Of a stretch of 64,000 nt of DNA, positions 20,993-30,663 are shown one piece after another. Numbering within the stretch: position 1 is the stretch's first letter; every line of letters begins with the position of its first letter. This stretch comes from Chloroflexota bacterium (lineage in GTDB: Bacteria; Chloroflexota; Anaerolineae; Anaerolineales; Villigracilaceae), in assembly GCA_016195815.1 (NCBI GenBank), contig JACPYX010000004.1, positions 69,168-133,167 on the forward strand. Reading direction: 5' to 3'. The notes below the pieces were generated by a model that saw nothing but the letters and a program-made list of their open reading frames with translations, was not told the DNA's origin and made no database searches. The translations under genes were made by a program, and so were the position numbers.

Positions 20993-22162
20993 ATGAAACA
21001 TGACTTTGACCATACCCCGAATCGCCGTAATCCAAACCACAAAAATAAATGGACCTGGTACCCAAACGATGTTCTCCCCATGTGGGTGGCGGATATGGAT
21101 TTTCCGTCGCCGAAACCGATTTTGTCTGCGCTTCGTAGAGCCATTGACAACGGCGTGCTGGGATATGAACTTCCTTCAAAAGCGTTGTATGAAACGGTCT
21201 CTGCCCGAATGGACAGGCTGTACGGCTGGAAGGTCAAGCCCGAAGCGGTCGTTGCGGTTACAGGCATCGTCAGCGGGTTCAGCGTCGCGGCGCGGACTTT
21301 TTGTACTCCAAAGAAGGGGGTGTTGATCCAGACACCGGTTTACAATGAATTTCATGCAGTCAAGAATAACCTGGGCATTCCGCAAATTGATGCGCCCTTT
21401 GTGAAAAGCGTGGACGGAAATATTCTTCATTATGAAATTGATTGGGATTTGTTCGCGCGACAGACGAAAAAGGCAGGCATGTTCCTGTTGTGCAATCCGC
21501 ATAACCCGCTGGGTATCCTTTTCTCGCGCAAAGACCTGCTGCGCATGGCCGAGATTTGCATCAAGAATGACGTCCTGATCGTCTCGGATGAAATCCATTC
21601 GGAGTTACTGTTGGACGATAATCAATTCACACCGATGGCGAAGTTGTCTCCCGAAATTGCAAAACATACCGTCACGTTGATTGCCCCATCCAAGACTTTC
21701 AATGTACCGGGGCTGTTCTGTGGCTTTGCAATCATTCCAAATAAGGAATTGCGCGAGCAGTATGCGAAGACGGTTGAACATTTGAGATTGCATGTAAGCA
21801 GTATGGGACTCTTTGCGGCGCATACCGCATTCGGCGGTCAATGCGACGGGTGGTTGAGAGACTTGCGCCGTTATCTCACTGCCAACCGCGATTTTCTTGT
21901 GGACTATGTCACCGAGTACATGCCCGATGTCCGCACGACGGTACCAGCGGCGACTTATCTTGGCTGGCTCGATTTCACATCTGCGGGAATCAAAGGCTCG
22001 CCGTTTGAATTTTTTATGAAGGAAGCCAAGGTTGCTTTGAGCGACGGGAAGATATTCGGCAGGGAAGGGGAGGACCATGTCCGCATCAATTTTGGGACGA
22101 CGCGAAAATTGCTCGAGCAGGGCCTGGAACGGATGAGGAAGGCCCTCAAGCGAATTCAATAA
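20993..22162 (+). CDS. MalY/PatB-type class I/II aminotransferase (cystathionine beta-lyase / C-S lyase)
   Basis: 389 aa. The N-terminus ...KWTWYP.DVLPMWVADMDFP and the SKTFN PLP lysine motif are typical of PatB/MalY. Confidence 0.8.
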   Translation: MKHDFDHTPNRRNPNHKNKWTWYPNDVLPMWVADMDFPSPKPILSALRRAIDNGVLGYELPSKALYETVSARMDRLYGWKVKPEAVVAVTGIVSGFSVAARTFCTPKKGVLIQTPVYNEFHAVKNNLGIPQIDAPFVKSVDGNILHYEIDWDLFARQTKKAGMFLLCNPHNPLGILFSRKDLLRMAEICIKNDVLIVSDEIHSELLLDDNQFTPMAKLSPEIAKHTVTLIAPSKTFNVPGLFCGFAIIPNKELREQYAKTVEHLRLHVSSMGLFAAHTAFGGQCDGWLRDLRRYLTANRDFLVDYVTEYMPDVRTTVPAATYLGWLDFTSAGIKGSPFEFFMKEAKVALSDGKIFGREGEDHVRINFGTTRKLLEQGLERMRKALKRIQ

Positions 22163-22195
22163 GTTTTTCAAAACATTATCGGTAAAGGAGAATAT

Positions 22196-22834
22196 ATGAG
22201 CGAATTAAATTATCAAGCTGTGCAGGAATTTCTAACTTCTCTTGTTCCGCCGCGCGAGGCGGAGCTGCAGGAAATGGAAAAGTACGCAGAGAAGACGGAC
22301 TTTCCCATCATTGGTCCCGCGGCGGGATATATGTGTTATCAAATCGCGCGCATGATCGGGGCAAAGTCCGTGTTCGAGATGGGATCAGGCTATGGTTATT
22401 CGACCGCGTGGTTTGTGAAAGCGGTGAAAGACAACGGCGGGGGAGTCGTGCATCACGTCGTCTGGGACGCGAAGTTATCTGAGATGGCGGCCGGCCATTT
22501 GTCCAGGTTGGGATTCGGCGATTTGGTCCGATATCATGTGGCCGAAGCGGTGGCCACGCTTCGTCAAACATCCGGCCCGTTCGATTTGATCTTCAACGAC
22601 ATTGACAAGGAAGCCTATCCCGACTCTTTGCCGTTCATCAAGGAAAAATTGCGGAGCGGCGGCGCGTTGATCATTGACAACATACTTTGGAGCGGGCGCA
22701 TCTTCGATAAGAATGACACCTCACCCGCTACCGAAGGCGTGCGCAAATTTACGCGCCTGATCACACACGACCCGGATTGGATTGTTTCGCTCGTCCCGGT
22801 GCGGGATGGCGTGATCGTGGCTTATAAAAAGTAA
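22196..22834 (+). CDS. Class I SAM-dependent O-methyltransferase (caffeoyl-CoA OMT family)
   Basis: 212 aa. VFEMGSGYGYS SAM motif and DLIFNDIDKEAYP. Confidence 0.8.
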   Translation: MSELNYQAVQEFLTSLVPPREAELQEMEKYAEKTDFPIIGPAAGYMCYQIARMIGAKSVFEMGSGYGYSTAWFVKAVKDNGGGVVHHVVWDAKLSEMAAGHLSRLGFGDLVRYHVAEAVATLRQTSGPFDLIFNDIDKEAYPDSLPFIKEKLRSGGALIIDNILWSGRIFDKNDTSPATEGVRKFTRLITHDPDWIVSLVPVRDGVIVAYKK

Positions 22835-22968
22835 TGATCTTGAAAAAGATATTGTGCCAACCGGAAGGCATAACCAGATTTTGGTTCTCTATTTTTTGAT
22901 TGTGCGATATAATACAAGTTGTCAGACAAATTCAACTTGCGCCTGCGCGTGCGCAGGCAGGAGAACCC

Positions 22969-24436
22969 CATGACCACAATTGACCTAACTGTCGAAAAAT
23001 CCCGTCGCAAGAACGCCATTAAACAAGCGCGCGAGCGCAATATCATCATCCCGACCTACGCGCAGATGAAAGACCCGTCCAAGATTCCCGCAAAAGTCAG
23101 GGATGAACTGAAGAAGATCGGATTGTGGGATGTAGATCCGCGTAACTTGTTCCGCATCACCTGGCATAACGAACCCACCGCTTCGGGCGGGACATTTGGC
23201 GGAGTCAACTACCTCGAGCTTCCACCTTCACTGACGGGCGTCCCCGCGCGCATCATCGTGTTGATCGGCAAATGGTTCCCGACCGGCGCGCATAAAGTGG
23301 GGGCCGCGTTCAGTTGTCTTGTGCCGCGCCTCGTCACCGGCCAGTTCGACCCGACTAGGCAGAAAGCCGTCTGGCCCTCGACCGGAAATTATTGCCGCGG
23401 CGGCGCGTATGACTCGGCCCTGCTCGGATGCGAGTCCATTGCGATTTTGCCGGAGGGCATGTCGAAGGAAAGATTCGAGTGGCTGTCGAAGATCGCGGGT
23501 GAAACAATCAAAACCCCCGGCTCTGAATCTAACGTCAAGGAAATTTTCGATAAATGCAAGGAACTGCGCGCCTCCGGCCAGGACTTGATGATCTTCAATC
23601 AGTTTGAAGAGTTTGGAAATTATCTGTGGCATTATGAAGTCACAGGCCACGCCATGGAAGAAGTGCTGAAAAAAGTGATGGGCAAAAACGACCGCTATCG
23701 CGGCATGGCTTCGGCCACCGGTTCGGCAGGAACGATTGCCAGCGGCGATTACATGAAGCAGGTTTTCCCCGACAGCAAGATCGTCGCCAGCGAAGCCCTG
23801 CAATGCCCGACTCTCCTGGAAAATGGATTCGGTTCCCATCGCATCGAAGGCATCGGCGATAAACACGTGCCGTGGATCCACAACACGAAAAATACGGACG
23901 TTGTCGTTGCAATTGATGACAACGCGGTGGTCAACATTGCCCGCCTGTTCAACGAGGAAAGCGGACGCGCCCATCTCGTTCAGAAAGGCGTCCCCGAAAA
24001 AGTAGTCAACCAACTCGACCTGCTGGGCTTCTCCGGCATCTCGAACGTTCTTTCCGCCATCAAGACCGCCAAATATTACGAGATGGGCGAGAACGACATC
24101 ATGCTGACTGTGCTGACCGACTCGATGGAACTCTATCGCTCACGCATCCACGAGATGCACATGGAACACGGGCAATATACCGAGTCCGATGCCGCCGCAG
24201 ATTTTGCCCGCTATCTGCACGGCCAGTCCACGGACAACATGCTCGAACTGCGTTACACCGACCGCCGCCGTGTCCATAATTTGAAGTATTACACCTGGGT
24301 CGAACAACAGGGCAAAACCTACGAAGAGATTCAAGATATGTGGTATCAGCCGAATTACTGGACCGACGTCCAGAAGCAGGCAAATGAAATTGACGAGTTG
24401 ATCGTCGAGTTCAACAAGGAAGTTGGGCTGGGTTAG
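22969..24436 (+). CDS. PLP-dependent enzyme, fold type II (Trp-synthase-beta-like superfamily), function unknown
   Basis: About 489 aa from the ATG at 22969. FPTGAHKVGAA resembles the TrpB-type PLP lysine motif. The glycine-rich GSAGTI loop is present. Confidence 0.7.
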
Positions 24437-24451
24437 TTTGAAAGTTGACAG

Positions 24452-24494
24452 GTTGAAGGTTGCAGGTTATCTTAACTTGCAACCTTCAACTTTT
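24452..24494 (+). terminator. Rho-independent terminator built from a GTTGAAGG/GTTGAAAG low-complexity repeat
   Basis: GTTGAAGGTTGCAGGTT (24452-24468) pairs with AACTTGCAACCTTCAAC (24474-24490) with 1 mismatch, followed by TTTT. Confidence 0.55.
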
Positions 24495-24498
24495 AAAT

Positions 24499-25083
24499 AT
24501 GTTATCCCCGGCCTCACTCGTTCTGGTTTGCTTAATTCCGACCCCGCGCGACCTGGATTTTGCGCGGTTGTTGGGCTGGTATCGCATCCCGCTGCGCACC
24601 GCGCCGAAAGTGGTCGCGGTGGACTATCTGGCTTTTTACCAGCCCTCGGCCTTCGGCGCGCGCGGCGGACAGATCGAATTCGTTTCGCAAGTGCGCGGCC
24701 ACGAGTTGACCACGCGCGGCGAATTGTTGAAAGATGAAGCCGATCACCCGCGCGCACATGAAGAATATTTCAAGATCCAGATCGGCGCTTTGGAAAAATT
24801 GTCCCAACCCGTGCTGGCTGACAAATGGAAACGACTGACCTTTCTTTACACAACCGGGGAATATTTACTCAAAGCCGGAACGCTCAACGATTTGATCGTT
24901 AATACAGATGAGCGCGCCGTGTTGTGGCGTTCGCTTCGTGAGAGAGCAGAAAACACCCAGCTTTATAAAACCGATCTGCCCGAAGCGGATATTCCGCCTG
25001 AAATCTTGATTGCGTTGCTGGGCATTAAAGAAGTTCAATCTTCCTACGAAACAAAGGAGCAGAAATATGAAGCTCTTGATTAA
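24499..25083 (+). CDS. Hypothetical protein (no family recognised)
   Basis: 194 aa from the ATG at 24499, just after the terminator. Coding-like composition. It overlaps the next gene start by 17 nt. Confidence 0.45.
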   Translation: MLSPASLVLVCLIPTPRDLDFARLLGWYRIPLRTAPKVVAVDYLAFYQPSAFGARGGQIEFVSQVRGHELTTRGELLKDEADHPRAHEEYFKIQIGALEKLSQPVLADKWKRLTFLYTTGEYLLKAGTLNDLIVNTDERAVLWRSLRERAENTQLYKTDLPEADIPPEILIALLGIKEVQSSYETKEQKYEALD

Positions 25084-26479
25084 GAACGGCACTCTTATCA
25101 CTGCCTCTGATACTTTTCGATCTGACATTCTGATTGAGGGCCAGACAATTTCCCGCATCGGCCTGGACCTCGAAGTGGATCCCGCGCAAGTGATTGATGC
25201 AAGCGGAAAACTGATCCTGCCCGGCGGCGTGGACCCGCACACGCATTTTGATTTGCCCATGTTCGGCACGGTCTCGTCTGACGACCATTACACCGGTCAC
25301 AAAGCCGCCGCCTTTGGCGGAACAACGACTGCCATAGATTTTGTCGTGCTGGAAGATCAAGGTTTTCAATATTCCGTTGACCTTTGGATGAAGAAAGCCG
25401 AGAAAGCCGCCATTGATTATTCCTTTCACATGAACCTGACCAAATTCGATGAGAAGATCGCCAAAGAGATTCCTTCCCTGCGTGAAATGGGAATCACCAC
25501 GCTGAAAGTTTTCACCGCCTATAATGGCCGCCTGCGCCTCGATGATGCCGGTATCTTCAAGGTTTTAAGAATCGCAAAAGAAAATGGAATGCTCGTGATG
25601 GCCCATTGCGAGAATGGCGACGTGATAGACACACTGGTCGCGGATGCGCTTAACGCTGGTCATCTGACTCCCGAATGGCACGCCCTGACGCGTCCGGTGT
25701 GGGGCGCGGTCGAAGCCACACTTCGGATGGCGGCCATGGCCGAACAGGCTGGCGCGCCGGTTTACATCGTCCACATGAACGCGGGCGGCGAAGTGGATAT
25801 GCTTCGCTACGCGCGCGAGCGCGGCGTCAAAGTGATGGGCGAGACGTGTCCGCAATATTTGTTTTTCACGATTGACCATTTGCGCCGCGCCGATGGCGCG
25901 AAGTGGATTTGCTCGCCGCCCATGCGCACGGAGCAGGATAACGCGCGTTTGTGGGAGGGACTGTCGAATGGGATTTTGCAGACGATAGGCACGGATCATT
26001 GCCCATTCTATTTTGACGGGACGCGGCCCATCGTCTATGAAGGACGCGGGATTGCCATCCCGGGCAAAGAACTTGGCAAAGATGACTTTACCAAAATTCC
26101 CAACGGCCTGCCGGGAGTCGGAGATCGCCTGCCGATTATGTGGACCTATGGAGTGCGCGCGGGCAGGATCACCGCGAATCAATTTGTCGCGTATAACAGC
26201 ACGAACCCGGCAAAGATATTTGGGCTGTATCCGCGCAAGGGCGCGCTCCTGCCCGGCTCGGACGCGGATATTGTGATTTGGGACCCGCAGAAAAAAGTGA
26301 AATACGGCGTGGCTCATTCGCATCAGCGCACAGATTACAATTTGTATGAAGGCTGGGAGTTGACCGGTTTTCCCGAAAAAGTTTTTCTGCGCGGCCAGAT
26401 GATCGTGGATGGCGATGAGTGGAAGGGCAAACAGGGCGCTGGAAGGTTTTTGAAGAGAGCGGAGGGAGAAGTTCAATAA
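25067..26479 (+). CDS. Dihydropyrimidinase / D-hydantoinase (cyclic amidohydrolase)
   Basis: AAGGAG SD. GGVDPHTHF metal motif, carboxylated-lysine region LKVFTAY, and DADIVIWDP. Confidence 0.85.
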   Translation: MKLLIKNGTLITASDTFRSDILIEGQTISRIGLDLEVDPAQVIDASGKLILPGGVDPHTHFDLPMFGTVSSDDHYTGHKAAAFGGTTTAIDFVVLEDQGFQYSVDLWMKKAEKAAIDYSFHMNLTKFDEKIAKEIPSLREMGITTLKVFTAYNGRLRLDDAGIFKVLRIAKENGMLVMAHCENGDVIDTLVADALNAGHLTPEWHALTRPVWGAVEATLRMAAMAEQAGAPVYIVHMNAGGEVDMLRYARERGVKVMGETCPQYLFFTIDHLRRADGAKWICSPPMRTEQDNARLWEGLSNGILQTIGTDHCPFYFDGTRPIVYEGRGIAIPGKELGKDDFTKIPNGLPGVGDRLPIMWTYGVRAGRITANQFVAYNSTNPAKIFGLYPRKGALLPGSDADIVIWDPQKKVKYGVAHSHQRTDYNLYEGWELTGFPEKVFLRGQMIVDGDEWKGKQGAGRFLKRAEGEVQ

Positions 26480-26676
26480 TAAACAAGAGGCCAGGCTTCA
26501 TTGAGGAACCTGATCTTCTTATAAAGATTTTATTGATCACTTTACAAAGCGCGTTATGGAATTTTTTACCTTGAAGCGTACTGTTTTCTAAAATTCAACT
26601 TCATCCCTTATAATTGGCTTTGCCAATCGAAAACTTGCGCGCACTGAAATATCCAAAACCTGAAGCCGAGTATCCC

Positions 26677-28209
26677 ATGACCCAACTTGTTGAATGTATC
26701 CCCAATTTTTCTGAAGCGCGCCGACCCGAAATTGTTGACCAGATCGTGGCGGCCATCACATCTGTCGAAGGCGCGCGCCTGCTGGATCGTTCGTCCGATC
26801 TCGATCACAACCGCACAGTCGTGACGTATGCCGGGCCGCCCGAAGCCGTCGAAGAGGCGGCTTTTCGCGCCATCCAAACTGCATCCGAGTTGATTGACCT
26901 GAACAAGCACACCGGCGAACATCCGCGCATGGGCGCGACCGATGTCGTGCCGTTCGTGCCGATCTCAGGCGTCAACATGGATGAATGCGTCCAAATGGCA
27001 AAACGTTTGGGTGAGCGCGTGGGCCGCGAGTTGCAAATCCCGGTCTATTTGTATGAGCAGGCCGCCTCACGTCCCGAACGGACGAATTTGGAAAATATCC
27101 GCAAGGGTCAATATGAAGGCATCAAAGTCGAGATCGAATCAAACCCCGAGCGCAAGCCCGATTATGGTCCCGCAAAAATGGGACCTGCCGGCGCAACCGT
27201 CATCGGCGCGCGTAATCCACTAATCGCATTCAATGTTTATTTGACGACCGATCAAGTGGACATCGCCAAGAAGATCGCAAAAGCCGTTCGGCAATCATCG
27301 GGCGGATTGAGATACGTAAAAGGTCTGGGACTTTTAGTGGACGGCCGCGCCCAGGTCTCGATGAACCTGACGAATTTCCGCGAGACTCCGATCGCGCGCG
27401 TAGTTGAATTTGTGCGCCGCGAAGCTGAACGTTACGGCGCGGGTATTCATCACAGCGAGCTGGTTGGATTGATCCCGCAGGAAGCGTTGACGGATGCAGC
27501 GGTCTGGTACACACAGCTCGACGCTTTTTCACACGAACAGATTCTTGAGTCGCGGCTTTACTCGCCGGATGTAGTTGCCAATTCCCAGCCTTCATCTCAA
27601 CCGGGCTTTCTCAACGAAGTTGCGGCCGCAACTGCCGCGCCGGGCGGGGGTTCTGTCGCGGCCTACGCGGGCGCGTTGGGCGCGGCCCTGGCCGAAATGG
27701 TCGCCGGCTTGACCATCGGCAAAAAGAAATATGCCGATGTCGAAGCCGAGATGCAGGCGATTCGCGTACAGGCTGGTGAACTTCGCAAGGAATTAACCGG
27801 CGCCGTTGACGATGACGCGGCGGCGTTTGAAGCTGTGATGGGCGCATTCAAATTGCCGAAAGAAACCGAAGAACAGCAAACGGCGCGCAAGGCCGCCATC
27901 CACATGGCGACGGTGAATGCCGCACATATTCCGCTCGATACTGTCAAGGCCGCGGTCAAGGTGATGGAATTGGCCGCCATGTTGGTGAAGGATGCGAACT
28001 TGAACGCCATTAGCGACGCGATGTCGGGCGCGGCGATGACGCGCGCCGCAATTACTGCGGCGGGATATAACGTGAGAATTAATTTGAATTCGTTGGAAGA
28101 TAAATCGGCGGGGGAGAAGATGTTGAAGGAACTAAAAGAATTGGAAAAGAAAGCCGATAAGATCGAAAAGGAAATCCGCAAAACGATGGAAGAGCGCGGC
28201 GGAGTTTAG
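26677..28209 (+). CDS. Bifunctional glutamate/glycine formimidoyltransferase - formimidoyl-THF cyclodeaminase
   Basis: The N-terminus [10 protein letters not shown] is typical of formiminotransferase. The C-terminal ~200 aa is a helical cyclodeaminase domain ([17 protein letters not shown]). Confidence 0.85.
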   Translation: MTQLVECIPNFSEARRPEIVDQIVAAITSVEGARLLDRSSDLDHNRTVVTYAGPPEAVEEAAFRAIQTASELIDLNKHTGEHPRMGATDVVPFVPISGVNMDECVQMAKRLGERVGRELQIPVYLYEQAASRPERTNLENIRKGQYEGIKVEIESNPERKPDYGPAKMGPAGATVIGARNPLIAFNVYLTTDQVDIAKKIAKAVRQSSGGLRYVKGLGLLVDGRAQVSMNLTNFRETPIARVVEFVRREAERYGAGIHHSELVGLIPQEALTDAAVWYTQLDAFSHEQILESRLYSPDVVANSQPSSQPGFLNEVAAATAAPGGGSVAAYAGALGAALAEMVAGLTIGKKKYADVEAEMQAIRVQAGELRKELTGAVDDDAAAFEAVMGAFKLPKETEEQQTARKAAIHMATVNAAHIPLDTVKAAVKVMELAAMLVKDANLNAISDAMSGAAMTRAAITAAGYNVRINLNSLEDKSAGEKMLKELKELEKKADKIEKEIRKTMEERGGV

Positions 28210-28227
28210 GAATCATCGCCGCACAGA

Positions 28228-28277
28228 CGCGGAGTTCACAGAGAAAACAAAATCTTAGCGTTCTCTGCGTCTCCGCG
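28228..28277. repeat. Compound hairpin after the formiminotransferase gene (CACAGAG...CTCTGCG...CCGCGGTGA type)
   Basis: CGCGGAG (28228-28234) pairs with CTCCGCG (28271-28277). The inner pair is CAGAGAA (28239-28245) with TTCTCTG (28261-28267). Confidence 0.4.
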
Positions 28278-28304
28278 GTGAAATCTTATAAAAGGAATTT
28301 ATGT

Positions 28305-28859
28305 ATGGGTCTTAAGCCTGATCACTGGATTCGCAAGATGGCAATCGAGCATAAAATGATCGAACCGTTCGAGGATAGGCAGGTACGCAACGGCGTGATT
28401 TCCTATGGCGTTTCATCGTACGGATACGATGTGCGCGTGGCGGATGAGTTCAAGATTTTTACCAACGTTTTCTCCGCCACGGTTGACCCGAAAAACTTCG
28501 ATACCAAATCCATGGTGGATTTCATCGGTGATGTTTGTATCGTCCCGCCGAATTCGTTTGCGCTGGCGCGCACGGTTGAATATTTCCGTATTCCGCGTAA
28601 CGTGTTGACGGTCTGTCTCGGAAAATCCACGTACGCGCGCTGCGGCATCATCGTCAACGTCACGCCATTCGAGCCGGAATGGGAAGGCTTTGTCACGTTG
28701 GAAATTTCAAATACCACGCCACTGCCTGCAAAAATTTATGCCAATGAAGGTTTGGCGCAAGTGCTGTTCTTTGAAGCTGACGAAGAATGCGAAATATCCT
28801 ACGCAGATAAAAAAGGCAAATACCAGAAACAACAGTCCATTGTTTTGCCGAAGCTGTAA
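28305..28859 (+). CDS. dcd: dCTP deaminase
   Basis: 184 aa. MGLKPDHWI start, [11 protein letters not shown], and a C-terminus typical of Dcd. Confidence 0.9.
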   Translation: MGLKPDHWIRKMAIEHKMIEPFEDRQVRNGVISYGVSSYGYDVRVADEFKIFTNVFSATVDPKNFDTKSMVDFIGDVCIVPPNSFALARTVEYFRIPRNVLTVCLGKSTYARCGIIVNVTPFEPEWEGFVTLEISNTTPLPAKIYANEGLAQVLFFEADEECEISYADKKGKYQKQQSIVLPKL

Positions 28860-28954
28860 ATGGAAAGGAAGGGGGAGCCGCTATCGGGTCCGAGATGAAG
28901 CAAATAAAATGACCGAGGCATTGCCTCGGTCATTTGCCGCGTTTTTCTGTTCGA

Positions 28955-30325
28955 TTATTTTTTGCGTCCGGCGTCGTAGTTCTTTACGTCGTCAATGGCT
29001 TTCTTCACGTTGACAAAGGGCAATACGATCAAGCCGGCGATGAAATAGAAGATCAGCGATAGAATGCCATAGCGCAGGCTGCCAAATATTTGATTGGCTA
29101 GACCGAAGACCAGCGGGCCGGTCCATGATGTGCCGCGTTCGCTGACTTCGTAAAATGAATAGAATTCGGCTTCTTTGCCGCTCGGAATCATTTGCGCGAA
29201 CAAACTGCGGCTGATGGCTTGCGAGCCTCCCATCACAATGGCAATAAACATGCCGAGGATGAAGAATTGCATGGTGCGGCTGTCGCCTTTGAGTCCGCCA
29301 TATGCGTAAATGACGACGCCCAGCCAAATGACGAGGCTGACGATGATGGCGCGCTTGGCTCCGATCCGGCCGGCGAGCCTGCCCCACAGGAGCGCGCCGC
29401 CAAAGGCCACGAATTGAATCATCAGGATGACGACTGTCAGTGTGCTTTGACCCATTTCAAGTCCGCCCTGAATAAGCGGCGCGGCGGCGAAAGTGGATGC
29501 GACCGCGATGACCGTTTGAATCCCATCGTTGTAAAGGAAGTAGGCTAAAAGATATTTGAGCGTTTCAGGGAAGTTCCTGATTTCCTTCAGCGTTCCCCCG
29601 AGTTGTTTGAAGCCAACGCTGGCATATGTTTCTCCCTGAGGTAATTGATGCGCCGCATGGCGGGGACGCACGCGCGCCCAAGTGATGAACGAGAAGCCCA
29701 TCCACCATAGCCCTGCGGATGCGAGGTTGATACGCACGGCCAGCCCGCCTGGGATGCCGAGCTTGTCGCTGAACATGTAAAGCGCAAGATTCAAGACGAG
29801 AAGCAGGCCTCCGCCGAGGTAGCCCATTGCCCAACCATAAGACGAGACACTATCGCGCCGGTCTTCTGTGGCGATATCTGGCAGATAAGAATTGTAGAAA
29901 ACAATGGATGCGCCAAAGGCCAGATTGGCTATGATGAACAGCACACCGCCCAGCCACCAAAGATCGCCGGAAACGGCAAAGAGCAAAATGGTGGCAAGCG
30001 CGCCGATGGCGGCGAACAATTGCATCATTTGTTTGCGGCGATGGGAATAGTCCGCGATCGCGCCGAGGATGGGCAGGAAGAGCACCTGCATCCCCACCGA
30101 AAAGGAAATGGAATAAGGCAGGAACGAATCGGGCGCGACGGGAATTCCAAAAAATGGAACGGTCCCTGTGCCGGCTTTTTCCGCTGCGGCGCGCGCCAGC
30201 GATGCGACATAAGGCGCGAGAAATACTGTCCCCACCGTGGTGCTGAAGGCTGAGTTGGCCCAGTCGTACATTGCCCAGCCGAAAATTTCCCGTTTGTCAT
30301 TTGTCATTGCTTTTTCTTGCGACAT
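28955..30325 (-). CDS. MFS transporter, UMF1 (Atg22-like) family
   Basis: GGAGGAG SD before the ATG at 30325. WAMYDWANSAF is the UMF1 family N-terminal signature. 12 TM-like segments. Confidence 0.8.
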   Translation of the reverse strand: MSQEKAMTNDKREIFGWAMYDWANSAFSTTVGTVFLAPYVASLARAAAEKAGTGTVPFFGIPVAPDSFLPYSISFSVGMQVLFLPILGAIADYSHRRKQMMQLFAAIGALATILLFAVSGDLWWLGGVLFIIANLAFGASIVFYNSYLPDIATEDRRDSVSSYGWAMGYLGGGLLLVLNLALYMFSDKLGIPGGLAVRINLASAGLWWMGFSFITWARVRPRHAAHQLPQGETYASVGFKQLGGTLKEIRNFPETLKYLLAYFLYNDGIQTVIAVASTFAAAPLIQGGLEMGQSTLTVVILMIQFVAFGGALLWGRLAGRIGAKRAIIVSLVIWLGVVIYAYGGLKGDSRTMQFFILGMFIAIVMGGSQAISRSLFAQMIPSGKEAEFYSFYEVSERGTSWTGPLVFGLANQIFGSLRYGILSLIFYFIAGLIVLPFVNVKKAIDDVKNYDAGRKK

Positions 30326-30663
30326 ATCTCCTCCATCTTGTTTGGGAATCTGTATAGAAAACACGCCAGCTTAATGGAAGTTTCGTTTCACCATGGAGAT
30401 ACATTGCTTAATAATCATGGGCTAAACATCGAATCGGAATCAATCTGGGCAGGGCTGTCTGTCCGGTTTGTTGCGCATCACAATATAGCGATTTGATCTT
30501 TTGTGGCTGCCTTTATTTGGAAGAGAAACATCCGTGTGAAGCTTTCCGCCTTTTCCTGGCCACCTGTTCAATTTAAATCGTTTCTACCTTGCAAGACTTC
30601 GTAAATAACAGGCTTGCCGTAGAAAAAGAAACCGCATCTCAAAGTGACATCCAAGTTCTGGTT

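Noticed and set aside
24423-24757. ORFs 24423..24737+ and 24467..24757- across the terminator repeat
   Set aside because: They start inside or read through the low-complexity hairpin. The 24499 frame gives the only plausible protein.
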